A stretch of 64,000 bases of DNA from Thermovirgaceae bacterium (GCA_040767805.1 JAXGNU010000002.1:132756-196755); one strand, 5' to 3'; positions 46,148 to 56,132 are shown, counted from the stretch's first letter. Notes: generated by a model from the sequence alone, not told the origin. Translations and numbers: made by a program.

Positions 46148-47455
46148 ATGAAAACCATCCGTGTGGTCCACTACCTCAACCAGTTTTTCGGCCGACTAGG
46201 CGGCGAGGAGATGGCGAACCTGCCTCCCCGCGTCGTCGACGGGCCCGTAGGCTTCGGCGTCACCCTGAAGGGCATCTCCGGCGGTAGGGTGGAGATCGTG
46301 AGAACGGTGATCTGCGGGGACAATTACGCCGCCGAGAACACCGGGGAACTGGCGAAGGAGGTACTCCGGTGGGTCTCTGAAGCCTCGCCGGGCCTCTTCA
46401 TCGCGGGGCCCGCTTTCGGTGCGGGCCGGTACGGCATCGCCGCCGGCACCCTCTGCAAGGAAGTGAGGGGAAAACTGGGGATACCCGCCGTGACGGCCAT
46501 GCACCCCGTCAACCCCGGCGCCGCGGTCACGGGCCCCGAGGTTTTCGTCGTCGAGGCGAAGGATACCGCCCAGGATCTGAAGAGGGTCCTCCCTCTCATG
46601 CTCGGTATCGGCATCAAGCTTGTCGACGGGCTCCCCATAGGGAGCCCCGGGGAGGAAGGTTACCTGCCCAGGGGCGTGCGCGTCAACGTCCGGGCCTCGG
46701 AAAGGGGTTCCACCAGGGCGGTGCGGATGCTACTGAAGAAACTCGCAGGGGAGCCCTTCGAGACGGAACTGCCCATGCCGACCTATGACAGGGTCCTCCC
46801 CGCGGCGCCGGTCCGGGACCTGGCGAAGGCCGCCATCGCTATCGGGACCGAGGGCGGCATCGTCCCCCGGGGGAACCCCGACAGGATCGAGGCCCATAAC
46901 GCCTCTAAGTGGTGCCGTTACGACATAGCTTCCCTCGATGATCTTGAAAAGGGCGACTACGAGGTGGCCCACGGCGGCTTCGACCCCGTCCCCGCCAACG
47001 ATGACCCCGACAGGGTGCTCCCCCTGGACGCGGCCCGCGCCCTGGAGAGGGAGGGCCGGTTCCGCAAGCTCCACGACTGGTACCCCGTCACGGTGGGGAA
47101 CGTCACCGCCGTGAGATCGGCCGAAAGATACGGCCGCCAGATGGGGGAAGCCCTGGCGGCCGAAGGCGTCGAGGGCGTGATCCTCACATCTACCTGAGGC
47201 ACGGGGACGCGTTGCGGAGCAACGCTGGCCAGGGAGATAGAGCGGACGGGCCTGCCCGCGGTGTTGATCACGGCCATACCTCCCATCGCCTTGACCGTCG
47301 GGGCGAACAGGGTCGTGCGGGGCGTGGCCATACCCCATCCGGTGGGCGACCCCAGGGAAGAGCCGGCCGTCGAACTCGAGATAAGGAAGAAACTCCTGGA
47401 GAAAGCCCTTCAGGCCCTTTGCGAACCAATAAAGGAGCAGACCCTTTTCGAATGA
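46148..47455 (+). CDS. Reductase component B selenoprotein (GrdB/GrdF-like), Sec at TGA 47195-47197
   Basis: VVHYLNQFFG..GGEE, ICGDNY, AGPAFGAGRYG, AHGGFD, DPDRVLPLD; frame continues ILTST-U-GTGTRCGAT...VGANRVV..IPHPVGDP to TGA 47455. Confidence 0.93.
47209..47225 (+). promoter_or_regulatory. Bacterial SECIS hairpin
   Basis: GCGTTGC-GGA-GCAACGC, starting 11 nt after the in-frame UGA, G at the start of the loop. Confidence 0.8.
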
Positions 47456-47820
47456 AGGGCGAACGGGTCATCCTGAGCAACAATCCCATGGTAAGGGAGG
47501 GGTGGCAGTCCTGCCGCTGGGTCGACGGCGACGCCGCCGAGGTGGCGAGGCAGGCCCGGGACCTTGTCCACCGGGGGTGGCGTTTTCACTGCCATCCCTT
47601 GGCGGGAAGCATCCGGCTACTCAGAAACCCCTTCAGGACCATGATCCTCGACCAGGGAGGGACCTCCGCATCCCCCGAACAGGTAGCCATGGCCGAAGAG
47701 GCGCTCCGTAGGCTTCGTGCAGAGGGTCGCCCCGACGTGCCCGAGGCCGACGGGGACGACTACGCCCTCATAGACCTTGACCTGGCGTGGAGGGCCTTGG
47801 GCGGCCCCGACAGCGAATAG
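47452..47820 (+). CDS. grdX: GrdX family protein
   Basis: ILSNNPMV, RDLVHRG..HPLAGS...NPFRT, DYALID; ATGA overlap with the selenoprotein gene. Confidence 0.8.
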   Translation: MKGERVILSNNPMVREGWQSCRWVDGDAAEVARQARDLVHRGWRFHCHPLAGSIRLLRNPFRTMILDQGGTSASPEQVAMAEEALRRLRAEGRPDVPEADGDDYALIDLDLAWRALGGPDSE

Positions 47821-47822
47821 GA

Positions 47823-47851
47823 TCAGGCCCCGGTCCTGGACCGGGGCCTGA
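47823..47851. terminator. Hairpin between convergent operons
   Basis: TCAGGCCCCGGTCC-T-GGACCGGGGCCTGA perfect inverted repeat followed by ATTTT. Confidence 0.75.
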
Positions 47852-47884
47852 ATTTTCAGCTTATGATCCGGGTCCGGATACCCT

Positions 47885-48997
47885 TCAGGATACCTTGCCG
47901 GTCCCGGCGTATTCCTTCAGTTCTTCCAGGGTCATCTTGTCGAGGCCGAGTTTTTCCAGCGTGTGCCCTTCGGCGGCATAATCCGTGTCGTGGAGGAAGG
48001 ATGCCATCCTTATGACGAGGTCCACCACGGGCATGGGATATCCAGCCTTCTCCCCGATGAACTTGCAGGGGACCATAGAGAAGGGGACGTCCTCCGTCAG
48101 GTACCGGCTCCTCACGTTGTGCCCGACGATGTCCTTGTAGGGGCTCTCGGGGCTGTTGGCGTACTCGTAGATCGTCTCCGTAGAATTGTGACCGTAATAC
48201 ATCTTCAACTGGTCCATGATCGGCATGAGATCGAGGCCGAGCTTCTTCCCGGCGGCCATGCGCTCAGAATCCATCTGCATCATCTTCTCCGAGACCAGGG
48301 GGGTGATCCCGTCCATGTAATGCCGGAAGGTCTTGGGGTTCTTCTCGATATCGCCGTAGTTCAGCAGGACCGGCATCGGGTGCAGGGTGTAGTTGACGTT
48401 GTCGAAATCCATCTCCAGGATGCTCGACGCCGGGAAAAACTCGATATAGCCGCCGAAACAATCGTTGATGATCTGGAGAGCCTCCTCGTTCTTCGAAACC
48501 GGGCAGGTACCCAGCTTCATCCTGAACTTCCTCTTGTAGACCATCACCGTGTCGAACCGCGCGGTCCGGCAGGCGTAGGGGAGGCTCGAGGTCTCCGAGA
48601 CGGCCACTTCGGCCTTGCAACCGGCGTCGGCCATCATCTTCTTGAGCAGGAAGCCGCCGAAGTTGCCCGGCACTATGATCACGTGCTGTCCGTCCCTCAG
48701 GAAGGGGATGAGTTTTTCAAAGACCAGTTCATGGGCGAAGGAGGGCAGCACCACGAAGAAGACATCGGTCTCCCTCGCCGCCTCGGCCATATCGTTGGTG
48801 ACACCGAGGATCTTGCCGCCGCAGGCGATATCGCCCTCAAGATACATCTCCTTGGTCTTGTTCAGCCTGATGAAATCCTCGGTCATCGCCCGGGGCTTGA
48901 ACATCACCACCGGGTACCCCTTCGCCGCTATCTGCGCCGCGAAAGCCATCCCCCCGTTACCGCTCCCAAGGACCGCGAACCTTTTTTGTCCTCCCAT
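47885..48997 (-). CDS. NAD/NADP octopine/nopaline (opine) dehydrogenase family protein
   Basis: VLGSGNGG Rossmann motif, ETSSLPYACR, NYTLHP, SRYLTEDVPF. Confidence 0.85.
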   Translation of the reverse strand: MGGQKRFAVLGSGNGGMAFAAQIAAKGYPVVMFKPRAMTEDFIRLNKTKEMYLEGDIACGGKILGVTNDMAEAARETDVFFVVLPSFAHELVFEKLIPFLRDGQHVIIVPGNFGGFLLKKMMADAGCKAEVAVSETSSLPYACRTARFDTVMVYKRKFRMKLGTCPVSKNEEALQIINDCFGGYIEFFPASSILEMDFDNVNYTLHPMPVLLNYGDIEKNPKTFRHYMDGITPLVSEKMMQMDSERMAAGKKLGLDLMPIMDQLKMYYGHNSTETIYEYANSPESPYKDIVGHNVRSRYLTEDVPFSMVPCKFIGEKAGYPMPVVDLVIRMASFLHDTDYAAEGHTLEKLGLDKMTLEELKEYAGTGKVS

Positions 48998-49033
48998 CGA
49001 AGGATCAACCTCCTTTTCCGAATCCTGAAGGCA

Positions 49034-50014
49034 TCACAGCTCGACCCAGGTGCCGGTGTTCTTTTCAAGGGCCTTCCGGTAGATCAGGCGCCCGGTCATC
49101 ACGTCATGGCTGGCTATGCCCATCAGGACCGCGCCCCTGAGGCCCTTCCTCACCGGGGCGGCCTTTCCTGCGCAGATCTCTCCCATGTCCGCGTAGATCT
49201 CCGCCTCCAGGGGATACCCGTCCTGGAAGTAGACGCCCTGCTCCTGGGTCCAGAGGTACTGGTTCCTGTTATCGCATACGAAGGCTCCGCCCTTCATTAC
49301 CTCCTCGCGGAAGGCGGAATCGTAGTCGACGGCGATGCAGAGCACGTCCTCCTTCATCCACTCCCTCATGACGAAGCGGCGGGGGTGTTCAACGATGGGG
49401 GTGCAGGTGACCACCACATCGGCCCCCTTTACCGCCGATTCGGCCTTGTCCTCTATGACGAGGGGGGCCTTCGGGAAAAGGGGGGCCATGTCTTCCTGGA
49501 AGCGCTTGGCCTGCTCGGGGAAGACGTCATGGATGCGCACCTCCCTGATGCCGGGGAGGACTTCCTTCAACGCGGCCAGGTTGGTCCGGGCCTGGACTCC
49601 GAGGCCGATCATGGCGACCACCTCCGACCCCGGCGAGGCGAGGTGCCGGGCGCACACGCCCGACGCGGCGCCGATCCTCCAGGCCGTCATCCAGTTGGCG
49701 TCCATGACGGCCTTGATCATCCCCGTTTCGGAGTCGTTCATGCACCAAACGCCGTTGATATAGGGAAGACCCTTGGCCTGGTTGGGGGGGTAGCCGGCGG
49801 CCCACTTTATTCCCACCGCGTCTACCTCGCCGCCCATCCAGCAAGGCATGGCGTGGATAAAGCAGTCCTTCCGGGGGTGGACCCCGATCTTGGCCGGCAG
49901 TTCGCTCTGGTCAAGCCCGTTAAGCCGGAACCCTTCTTCGACGGCATCCATGACCTCCGTCATGGGTATCTCCAGGGATTCCACATCCCTCTTCGAGAGC
50001 CAAAGAGCTTTCAT
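49034..50014 (-). CDS. Ornithine cyclodeaminase/mu-crystallin family protein (paralogue 2)
   Basis: PAKIGVHP, HAMP, GIKW, MTAWRIGAAS, IGLGVQA, GIASHD. Confidence 0.88.
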   Translation of the reverse strand: MKALWLSKRDVESLEIPMTEVMDAVEEGFRLNGLDQSELPAKIGVHPRKDCFIHAMPCWMGGEVDAVGIKWAAGYPPNQAKGLPYINGVWCMNDSETGMIKAVMDANWMTAWRIGAASGVCARHLASPGSEVVAMIGLGVQARTNLAALKEVLPGIREVRIHDVFPEQAKRFQEDMAPLFPKAPLVIEDKAESAVKGADVVVTCTPIVEHPRRFVMREWMKEDVLCIAVDYDSAFREEVMKGGAFVCDNRNQYLWTQEQGVYFQDGYPLEAEIYADMGEICAGKAAPVRKGLRGAVLMGIASHDVMTGRLIYRKALEKNTGTWVEL

Positions 50015-50057
50015 CCTTTTACCTCCTCCTCAAGTAGGGGAAACCGCCCCTTTCGGT

Positions 50058-50474
50058 TCATCCTTCGCGGGTGACCTCCAGGGTGCCGCTGTCGCCGTCG
50101 ACGCGGACCCAGTCCCCGGTCCTGATCGTTTCAAAAACATCTTCCTCCAGGTCGGTCACGGCGGGGACCTTCGTCACCACCACCGCCACCCCGGTGCGGG
50201 AATCCATTTTAGGGAAGACGAACGCCGTCGGGGCCAGGCCCTTGAGCCTGGCCGTGTGAAAGTGGCTCGACCAGCCGTTGGAGCCCTTCCCGCCGGAGAG
50301 GACCAGGACGGCGCCCTTGATGGACAGGCCTTCGAAGGGGTGTCCCTTTTCTATGACCACGCCGGTCTCATCGTCGAGGCCGCTCCAGCCCTGGATCGTA
50401 TCCCTGCTGACCATGGCGGGGCCTTCGGCGACGCCGCCCCATACGCCCCTGCCCTTGATGACTGTCTTCTTCAA
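50058..50474 (-). CDS. Aconitase X small (swivel, DUF126) subunit
   Basis: GVAEGPAMVS, DDETGVVIEKGHP, GGKGSNGWS, GDWVRVDG; TTGA overlap with the large subunit. Confidence 0.85.
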   Translation of the reverse strand: MKKTVIKGRGVWGGVAEGPAMVSRDTIQGWSGLDDETGVVIEKGHPFEGLSIKGAVLVLSGGKGSNGWSSHFHTARLKGLAPTAFVFPKMDSRTGVAVVVTKVPAVTDLEEDVFETIRTGDWVRVDGDSGTLEVTREG

Positions 50475-51748
50475 CGGGGGGACCTCCTTTCCCACCGGCC
50501 CGTAACGGCCGCGTCGATGCACTGCCCCATGGAACCGAAGAGGACCGTCGCCTTCGTCTCGGGCCTGATGTAATGGGCCTGCTTCAGCGAGTCGAAAACA
50601 AGGGTGGAAGCATCCCTCGGCCAGGTCTCGCTGACCAGGGGGCATGAACTCGTAACGAGCCTGGCGCCGGAGAGCTCGACCGTCCGGCTGTACCCGGCCC
50701 TGTCGGAGAGTTCCCTCACCGCCGGCGAGGTCCATATCAAGAGGCGGCTATCGCCGTGGACCTTTCGCCCCTCGAGAAGGGACGCGGCGTCCCTGACCTG
50801 GTCGATGGAGTAATGGGGGCAACCCAGGCTGACATAATCCACGGCCTCGCCGTCGCCGGCGAAGAGTTCCGCCGCCTCCTCGATATCCCGTGGGGTGATG
50901 GCCTCTTCTGCGACGGCTTTCCTCCCCCTGAAGGCCCGGTCGAAGTCGGGCGCCTCGGGTGTCACCCCTATGATGTGGCACAGCTCCGCCCCTCCCGTGG
51001 TCGCCATCGAAGCGAAGCAGGATTTCAGCTCCACCACGCCGGGCGTTCCCAGGTCACCCGAAAGGACCGGCGTGGAGTGGGTCGGGGTCCTGGAGCCGAT
51101 GACATAACCCAGCAGGTCCCACTCCATGACGTTCCGCGGGGTGAACTCCACCCTGAAGTGATGGGTCCCTCCCCTGTTCGACATGACGTGGTTTCCCCAA
51201 AGGGGCGTCTTCCCGCAGACGGCGGAGCAGAAGGCGGCTTCTATGCCGTCGGCGTTGGCGCAGGCGCCCCAGAGGGAGTTCATGAGCGTCACGGCGTGGG
51301 ACTCGGTGGAGACGTAGTGCTCGCCCATCCTCGGGAGGAAGCCTGAAAGGTAGGGTGTGCAGGTGGCCGCCGGGTAGAGGCCGGCTCTCGTGTACTTTTC
51401 CAGGAACAACCTGTTCCTGTCGTGCCTCTCCGGTGATACTCCCAACTGCTGCCACCTGACCGGATCCGTGGGCCCCACGTCGGCCTGGGCGTAACAGGCG
51501 AAGCAGTCCAGGCTGACCTTCTCTGGAGAACAGAGGAGCATCTCCGAGATCACCTCGTCGATATCATCGGAGGCGCAGGCATCCATGTAGTGATGGGCCC
51601 CCGCGAAGAGGTGTGCCTTGGTGACGTCGCAGAGCCGTTCCGCCCCCATCACCTCGGCGTAATCAACGATAAACCGGAGGGCCACCCGCTTGAGGGGACC
51701 CTCTAGGCCATCGAGAACGGACTTTTCCGCATCGGTGAGCTTAGGCAA
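50471..51748 (-). CDS. Aconitase X catalytic (DUF521) subunit
   Basis: TCTPY, ESHAV..NSLWGA..N, GKTP..G.H, HIIGVTPEA, LGCPHYS, SSCPL. Confidence 0.88.
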   Translation of the reverse strand: MPKLTDAEKSVLDGLEGPLKRVALRFIVDYAEVMGAERLCDVTKAHLFAGAHHYMDACASDDIDEVISEMLLCSPEKVSLDCFACYAQADVGPTDPVRWQQLGVSPERHDRNRLFLEKYTRAGLYPAATCTPYLSGFLPRMGEHYVSTESHAVTLMNSLWGACANADGIEAAFCSAVCGKTPLWGNHVMSNRGGTHHFRVEFTPRNVMEWDLLGYVIGSRTPTHSTPVLSGDLGTPGVVELKSCFASMATTGGAELCHIIGVTPEAPDFDRAFRGRKAVAEEAITPRDIEEAAELFAGDGEAVDYVSLGCPHYSIDQVRDAASLLEGRKVHGDSRLLIWTSPAVRELSDRAGYSRTVELSGARLVTSSCPLVSETWPRDASTLVFDSLKQAHYIRPETKATVLFGSMGQCIDAAVTGRWERRSPR

Positions 51749-51780
51749 AGAACCGCCTCCCCGTCTTATCTATTCCCCGT

Positions 51781-52779
51781 CTAAAGGGGAAGTTTTCTAC
51801 CGGCGCCGGACGATAGGGCCCTGTCGAAGAGCGCCTTCGCAACCATCATGTCCTCCACGGCCATCCCCACGTTGTTGCAGACAATGAGCTCCTCGGGGTT
51901 CTCCCTGCCCTTTTTGAGTCCCGCGGCCACCTCGCCGGTCTCGGCGTATATCTCGGGGAGGCCGTCGGGGTAATAGCCGTACCCCACGAAGAGTTCGTGC
52001 TCCTCGATGCTGTCCACGAGGTACTTGTCGGCCCTCTTCATGGTGGCGTCCTCGTAAAGGGAGTGCATGTCGCACATGAGGATCGTCTGTCCCCGGCTGA
52101 CCCAGCTGTCCCGGATCCTGGGCCTTGGCTGGGCCGTGATCGCCGTGGCTGACGCTACGACCTGGGAGGATCGGACCACTTCCTCGATGGATCCGGCCGT
52201 CACGATCCTCGCCTTGACCGCCGGCTGCAGGTCGAGGACCAGCTTTCGGGCCGCCTCCTCGAAGACATCGTAGACGTAGATAGTCTCCAGGCGGGCCAGC
52301 ACCCTTTCGATCATTCCCACGTGAGCTCTCCCCTGGACGCCGCAGCCTATCATCCCGAAGGTCGACGCCTCGGCGGGGGCCAGGTGCTTCGCCGCGACGC
52401 AGGTTACCGCCGGGGTCCTTTTTTCGGTGATCCAGACGGCGTCCATCACGGCTAGGGGCCATCCGCTCTCCGGATCGTTGTAGACCAGGAGCCCTGAAGT
52501 CTGGGGCAGTCCGAATCGTTCCCTGTTATCGGGAAAACAGGAAGCCCACTTGATCCCGCAGGCCGAGTGGTCCGGCAGGTAGGCGGGCATGGCGTGCATG
52601 AGCGTGTCCTTTAACGGGTGCAGACCTATCTTGGCGGGCATCTCCGTCCTTTTCTCGCCGTGGGCCGCCAGGGCTTTCTCGGTGAGGGACAGGATATCCC
52701 CGTCGGAAAGGCCGATATTTTTCACATCTCCCTGGGTAAGGTAAAGGATCTCCTTCCCTACCTCCAGGTGTCCTTCCAT
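51781..52779 (-). CDS. Ornithine cyclodeaminase/mu-crystallin family protein (paralogue 3)
   Basis: PAKIGLHP, HAMPAY, GIKW, ITEKRTPA, IGCGVQG, VGMAVED. Confidence 0.88.
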   Translation of the reverse strand: MEGHLEVGKEILYLTQGDVKNIGLSDGDILSLTEKALAAHGEKRTEMPAKIGLHPLKDTLMHAMPAYLPDHSACGIKWASCFPDNRERFGLPQTSGLLVYNDPESGWPLAVMDAVWITEKRTPAVTCVAAKHLAPAEASTFGMIGCGVQGRAHVGMIERVLARLETIYVYDVFEEAARKLVLDLQPAVKARIVTAGSIEEVVRSSQVVASATAITAQPRPRIRDSWVSRGQTILMCDMHSLYEDATMKRADKYLVDSIEEHELFVGYGYYPDGLPEIYAETGEVAAGLKKGRENPEELIVCNNVGMAVEDMMVAKALFDRALSSGAGRKLPL

Positions 52780-52824
52780 CCTTTTCTTTCCACTTCTACA
52801 AGCCATTCCGGGTGTCAGCTCCTC

Positions 52825-54123
52825 TCAACAGTCACCTTTATCTTCAGCGCCCGTCAGTATCTCGAGGACGGCCCGATCGACGCCGGCCATCCCCGGGTCG
52901 GTGATCACCCTGAGGTTCCTCATGGTCTCCGCAAGGGTTTTCCCCACCAGGCCGTTCTTTTCGGGGACCGACGCCCCCTTCATGGCCAGCAGGGCCGACT
53001 GGAAAGCTACCCCTGAGGAGGTGGCCATCTTCAGCGAACAACCGAACTTGGCGCCGTCGCAGAGCATGCCGGTGATATCCGCCAGAAGCAGGTGCACGGC
53101 GGCTTCCATTTCGTTAACCGTCCCCCCGTAGAGGCGGACGATGGCGGCCGCGGCCCCGGCACCGGCTGCTACGGAACAGCCGCAGTGGGGCGTCAGGATG
53201 CCCGTGTTGGACTTGATGAGCCCCACCACGAGCAGGCCCAGGGCGAGGGCCCTGACCATCTCTTCGTCGGACGAACCGAGGTGTTCCGCCACGGTGCCTA
53301 TGGTCAGGAAGAAGGTGATGCCGTGGTTACCGCTTCCGAAAATGCCGTAGATGGGGACATTGAGGCCGGACATCCGGGCGTCGGCGGCGGCGGCCATCTT
53401 TTGCCGGACATCGTTCTCGATGTCATCGCAGAGGAGGCCTGAATCCCGTAGTTCGGCGAGGCGCCGGCCCAACCCCAGCCCCAAGGGAGCGGACTCGCCG
53501 GCCCGGGCCGCCTCCCTGTTCATCCTTACGCCTTCCTTGAGGAACAACAGGCTCTCGAGGGGAGCCTCCGCCACGAGACCGGCCATTTCTTCCAAGCTCA
53601 ACGCCCCGATCTCTTCCAGGAGGCCGTCCCCTCCAGGGCCGGCTTCCTCGGGCAAGGAGAAGACCTTTTCGCCGTTCCTCGTGACCTCCACGAGACCGTC
53701 ATGGGCGTGGCGCAGCAGGGCACGGGCGGACCCGGCGTCGGTCTCCACCTCGGCTAGGACATAGATACCCTTTACGTCCTCGGCCACCTTGAACCGGATG
53801 GGGCATTCCTCCAGGAATTCCCGGGCGGGGCCGAGGTGGGCAGGTTCGACCTTTTCAAGGAGTCGAAGGCCCTTTTCCGGTTCGCCGTAGAGTATGCCTA
53901 GCGCCACCGCCAGGTCCATGCCGCTTTCGAGGACGCCGGGGATCCCCACCGAAAAGGCGTCCTTGTATATGTTCCGGTCCATCGTGACGGTGACGGACCG
54001 CACCTTTCCGGGGACCTCCCGGTAGGCCCGGGAGGCCGCCAGGGCGATGGCCACGGGGTCGGTGCAACCCACCGTGACGAATACATGCTTGTCCAGCACC
54101 GCCGCCAGCAAGTCTTTTTTCAT
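52825..54123 (-). CDS. Serine dehydratase alpha-like / L-cysteine desulfidase (YhaM/CdsB-like)
   Basis: GCTDPVAIALA, NIYKDA..VGIPG, DARMSG, GSGNHG, PHCGC, GMLCDGAKFGC. Confidence 0.85.
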   Translation of the reverse strand: MKKDLLAAVLDKHVFVTVGCTDPVAIALAASRAYREVPGKVRSVTVTMDRNIYKDAFSVGIPGVLESGMDLAVALGILYGEPEKGLRLLEKVEPAHLGPAREFLEECPIRFKVAEDVKGIYVLAEVETDAGSARALLRHAHDGLVEVTRNGEKVFSLPEEAGPGGDGLLEEIGALSLEEMAGLVAEAPLESLLFLKEGVRMNREAARAGESAPLGLGLGRRLAELRDSGLLCDDIENDVRQKMAAAADARMSGLNVPIYGIFGSGNHGITFFLTIGTVAEHLGSSDEEMVRALALGLLVVGLIKSNTGILTPHCGCSVAAGAGAAAAIVRLYGGTVNEMEAAVHLLLADITGMLCDGAKFGCSLKMATSSGVAFQSALLAMKGASVPEKNGLVGKTLAETMRNLRVITDPGMAGVDRAVLEILTGAEDKGDC

Positions 54124-54128
54124 GGGTC

Positions 54129-55427
54129 CTACCTGACCCCTAGTATCAGGTTGGGCAGGAAGGTGGACAGGGCGGGGACATAGGTCGTCAGCGCCAGCGT
54201 GGGAAGCCACCCGAAGAGGAGCATCCAGACCGTGGGCATCAGCATCTCGTTTATCGGGGCGTTGCCGACCCTGCCGCCCAGGTAAAGGAGCGGCGCCGCC
54301 GGGGGCGTGATGTTGCCCATGCCGAGGTTGACGCCGACGATGGCGGCAAAGTGGACGGGGCTGAAGCCCAGCTTGATGATGATGGGGAGCAGGATAGGCG
54401 TTGAAAGGAGCACGGCGCTCACGTCATCCATGATCATACCCATGATTATCATGAAAATATTGATCATGAAGAGTATGGCGTACCGGTTGGTGCTCACCGC
54501 CATGAGCAGGTTCAGGACCTGGGTCGGGAGATCCTCCATTATGTAAAGCCTGCTTAGGATCATGACGGCGTAGAGCATGACCATGATGACGCCCGTCGTA
54601 GTCCCTGACTCCACCAGGACTTCGAAGAAACCCTTGCGGGTCAGACCTTTGTAGACCCAGAACCCCACCGGGATGGAGTAGACCGCCGCCACGGCCGCCG
54701 CTTCCGTCGGCGTCATGATCCCGCCGTAGATACCGCCCAGCACCAGCACGGGCATGATCAGGGCCGGGATGGCCCGTTTACCCCGGACCCGGAAGAGGCT
54801 CCACTTTTCCTTGGATGAAATGGGGGCGGCGAGGATGAGGTCTTTGTTATGGCGCAGAAGGAACATGTTGATCACCGAGAGCAGTATGGTCAGTATTATC
54901 CCGGGGATAACCGAGGAGAGGAAACTGGCCAGGACCGACTGGTTGCCCACCCAGGCGTAAAGTATCATGATGGCGCTGGGCGGGATCAGCATGCCCAGGA
55001 CCGAGGCGTTGGCCAGGAGGGCCGCCGAGTGCCCCCTGGGGTAGCCGGCCTTTTCGAGCCTCGGGAACATGATGGAGCCTATGCACGAAAGGGTCGCGCA
55101 GGCGCTGCCCGTTATGGAGCCGAAGACGGCGCAGGACACCACCGCTACGACTCCTAGCCCCCCCTTGATCCTCCCCACGAATAGGTCCACCAGGTCCACC
55201 AGCTTGTCGCCGATATTGCCCCTCTCCATTATTCCCCCCGCCATGATGAAAAGCGGTATGGCCAGGAGGACGATGGTGCTCATCTTGCTGAAGCCGTAGG
55301 GCAAAAGGAAGCTGGGCGAGTACCCGCCGGCGAAGACCAGGAGCGTGGTGGCGACGAGAAAGGCGAAGGGGACGGGTACTCCGATGATCAAGGTTATGAC
55401 GAGCAAAACAAGCGAGAATAGGACCAT
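54129..55427 (-). CDS. dctM: TRAP transporter large permease DctM
   Basis: LAIPLFIMAG, GGL, FGSITGS, LIPPS, TPTEAA, ITPP. Confidence 0.92.
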   Translation of the reverse strand: MVLFSLVLLVITLIIGVPVPFAFLVATTLLVFAGGYSPSFLLPYGFSKMSTIVLLAIPLFIMAGGIMERGNIGDKLVDLVDLFVGRIKGGLGVVAVVSCAVFGSITGSACATLSCIGSIMFPRLEKAGYPRGHSAALLANASVLGMLIPPSAIMILYAWVGNQSVLASFLSSVIPGIILTILLSVINMFLLRHNKDLILAAPISSKEKWSLFRVRGKRAIPALIMPVLVLGGIYGGIMTPTEAAAVAAVYSIPVGFWVYKGLTRKGFFEVLVESGTTTGVIMVMLYAVMILSRLYIMEDLPTQVLNLLMAVSTNRYAILFMINIFMIIMGMIMDDVSAVLLSTPILLPIIIKLGFSPVHFAAIVGVNLGMGNITPPAAPLLYLGGRVGNAPINEMLMPTVWMLLFGWLPTLALTTYVPALSTFLPNLILGVR

Positions 55428-55441
55428 GGAATGTACTCCTC

Positions 55442-56005
55442 TCAGCGGCTTCCTTCGGCCTGAGGGGTTACCTGTCCGAAGTGGCTCCGCAACTTTTTAA
55501 TGTCTTCCAGAAAGGCAAGGAAAAAGTAGAAGGTCATCAGGACCATCCCGAGAAAGACCGCAGTATAGGAGACCACCATGGGGATCCTCCAGACCGGGGT
55601 CCGGGCGCTCATTTTCACGCCGAACATGAAGAAGTCGAGCCCCCACCAGGAGAAAAGCAGGCTGAACAGGAACGTAACGGTCGAACTGAACGCGATGACC
55701 GAAGATTTCAATTTTCCCTCGGGGAAAAAGACCGAAACAAGGTCCGCCGTGATGTGGGTCCGGGTGTAACTGCCGTAGGAGCCCCCCATGAAGTAGAGCC
55801 AGAAGGCGAAGATCACCACGATCTCCTCGAGGCCGTAAAGGTCGGTCTTGAAAATATACCTGAGGATGACGGTGAGCACTATGGAGGCCACGACGAAAAG
55901 GCTGCTCACGATCAGGACGAACCTCTGGAACTTCAGGAGGAACTCCCAAAGAAAGTTTTGGATCTTCACAGGGTGTGGTTCCTCGTAGCCACATGTTCCC
56001 GTCAC
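55442..56005 (-). CDS. dctQ: TRAP transporter small permease DctQ
   Basis: 4 TM segments, VILRY, EE, HITADL, TP..IP. Confidence 0.88.
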   Translation of the reverse strand: MTGTCGYEEPHPVKIQNFLWEFLLKFQRFVLIVSSLFVVASIVLTVILRYIFKTDLYGLEEIVVIFAFWLYFMGGSYGSYTRTHITADLVSVFFPEGKLKSSVIAFSSTVTFLFSLLFSWWGLDFFMFGVKMSARTPVWRIPMVVSYTAVFLGMVLMTFYFFLAFLEDIKKLRSHFGQVTPQAEGSR

Positions 56006-56052
56006 GTTATACCTCCTATCTGCTTCCCCGAAGGAAGCAGGTCTTCAAGGTC

Positions 56053-56097
56053 CCGGTGCGGCCTTCCCAGGTGAACCCCTTGGGAAGGCCGCACCGG
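56053..56097. terminator. Strong intercistronic stem-loop between dctP and dctQ
   Basis: CCGGTGCGGCCTTCCCA...TGGGAAGGCCGCACCGG, 17-bp perfect stem with no U-tract (stabiliser or attenuator). Confidence 0.6.
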
Positions 56098-56132
56098 TCG
56101 GAATCGGTTCCTCTACCGCGAGGCAAGCGCGG

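Noticed and set aside
44846..47455. D-proline reductase (PrdA/PrdB)
   Set aside because: Sizes and motifs match GrdE/GrdB-type subunits, not the larger PrdA or the small PrdB
47885..48997. Opine metallophore (staphylopine/pseudopaline) synthesis by the opine dehydrogenase
   Set aside because: No nicotianamine synthase-like CntL or exporter nearby; the context is catabolic (TRAP, AOR, ADH)
47963..50074. Long antisense ORFs (703 aa here; also 12503-14080, 15987-17576, 56220-57464, 57892-59241)
   Set aside because: Shadow frames opposite well-supported genes, expected from high-GC codon bias; no motifs
50058..51748. Archaeal-type mevalonate-5-phosphate dehydratase role for AcnX
   Set aside because: No mevalonate pathway or UbiD/UbiX genes adjacent; the flanking OCD paralogues favour imino-acid metabolism
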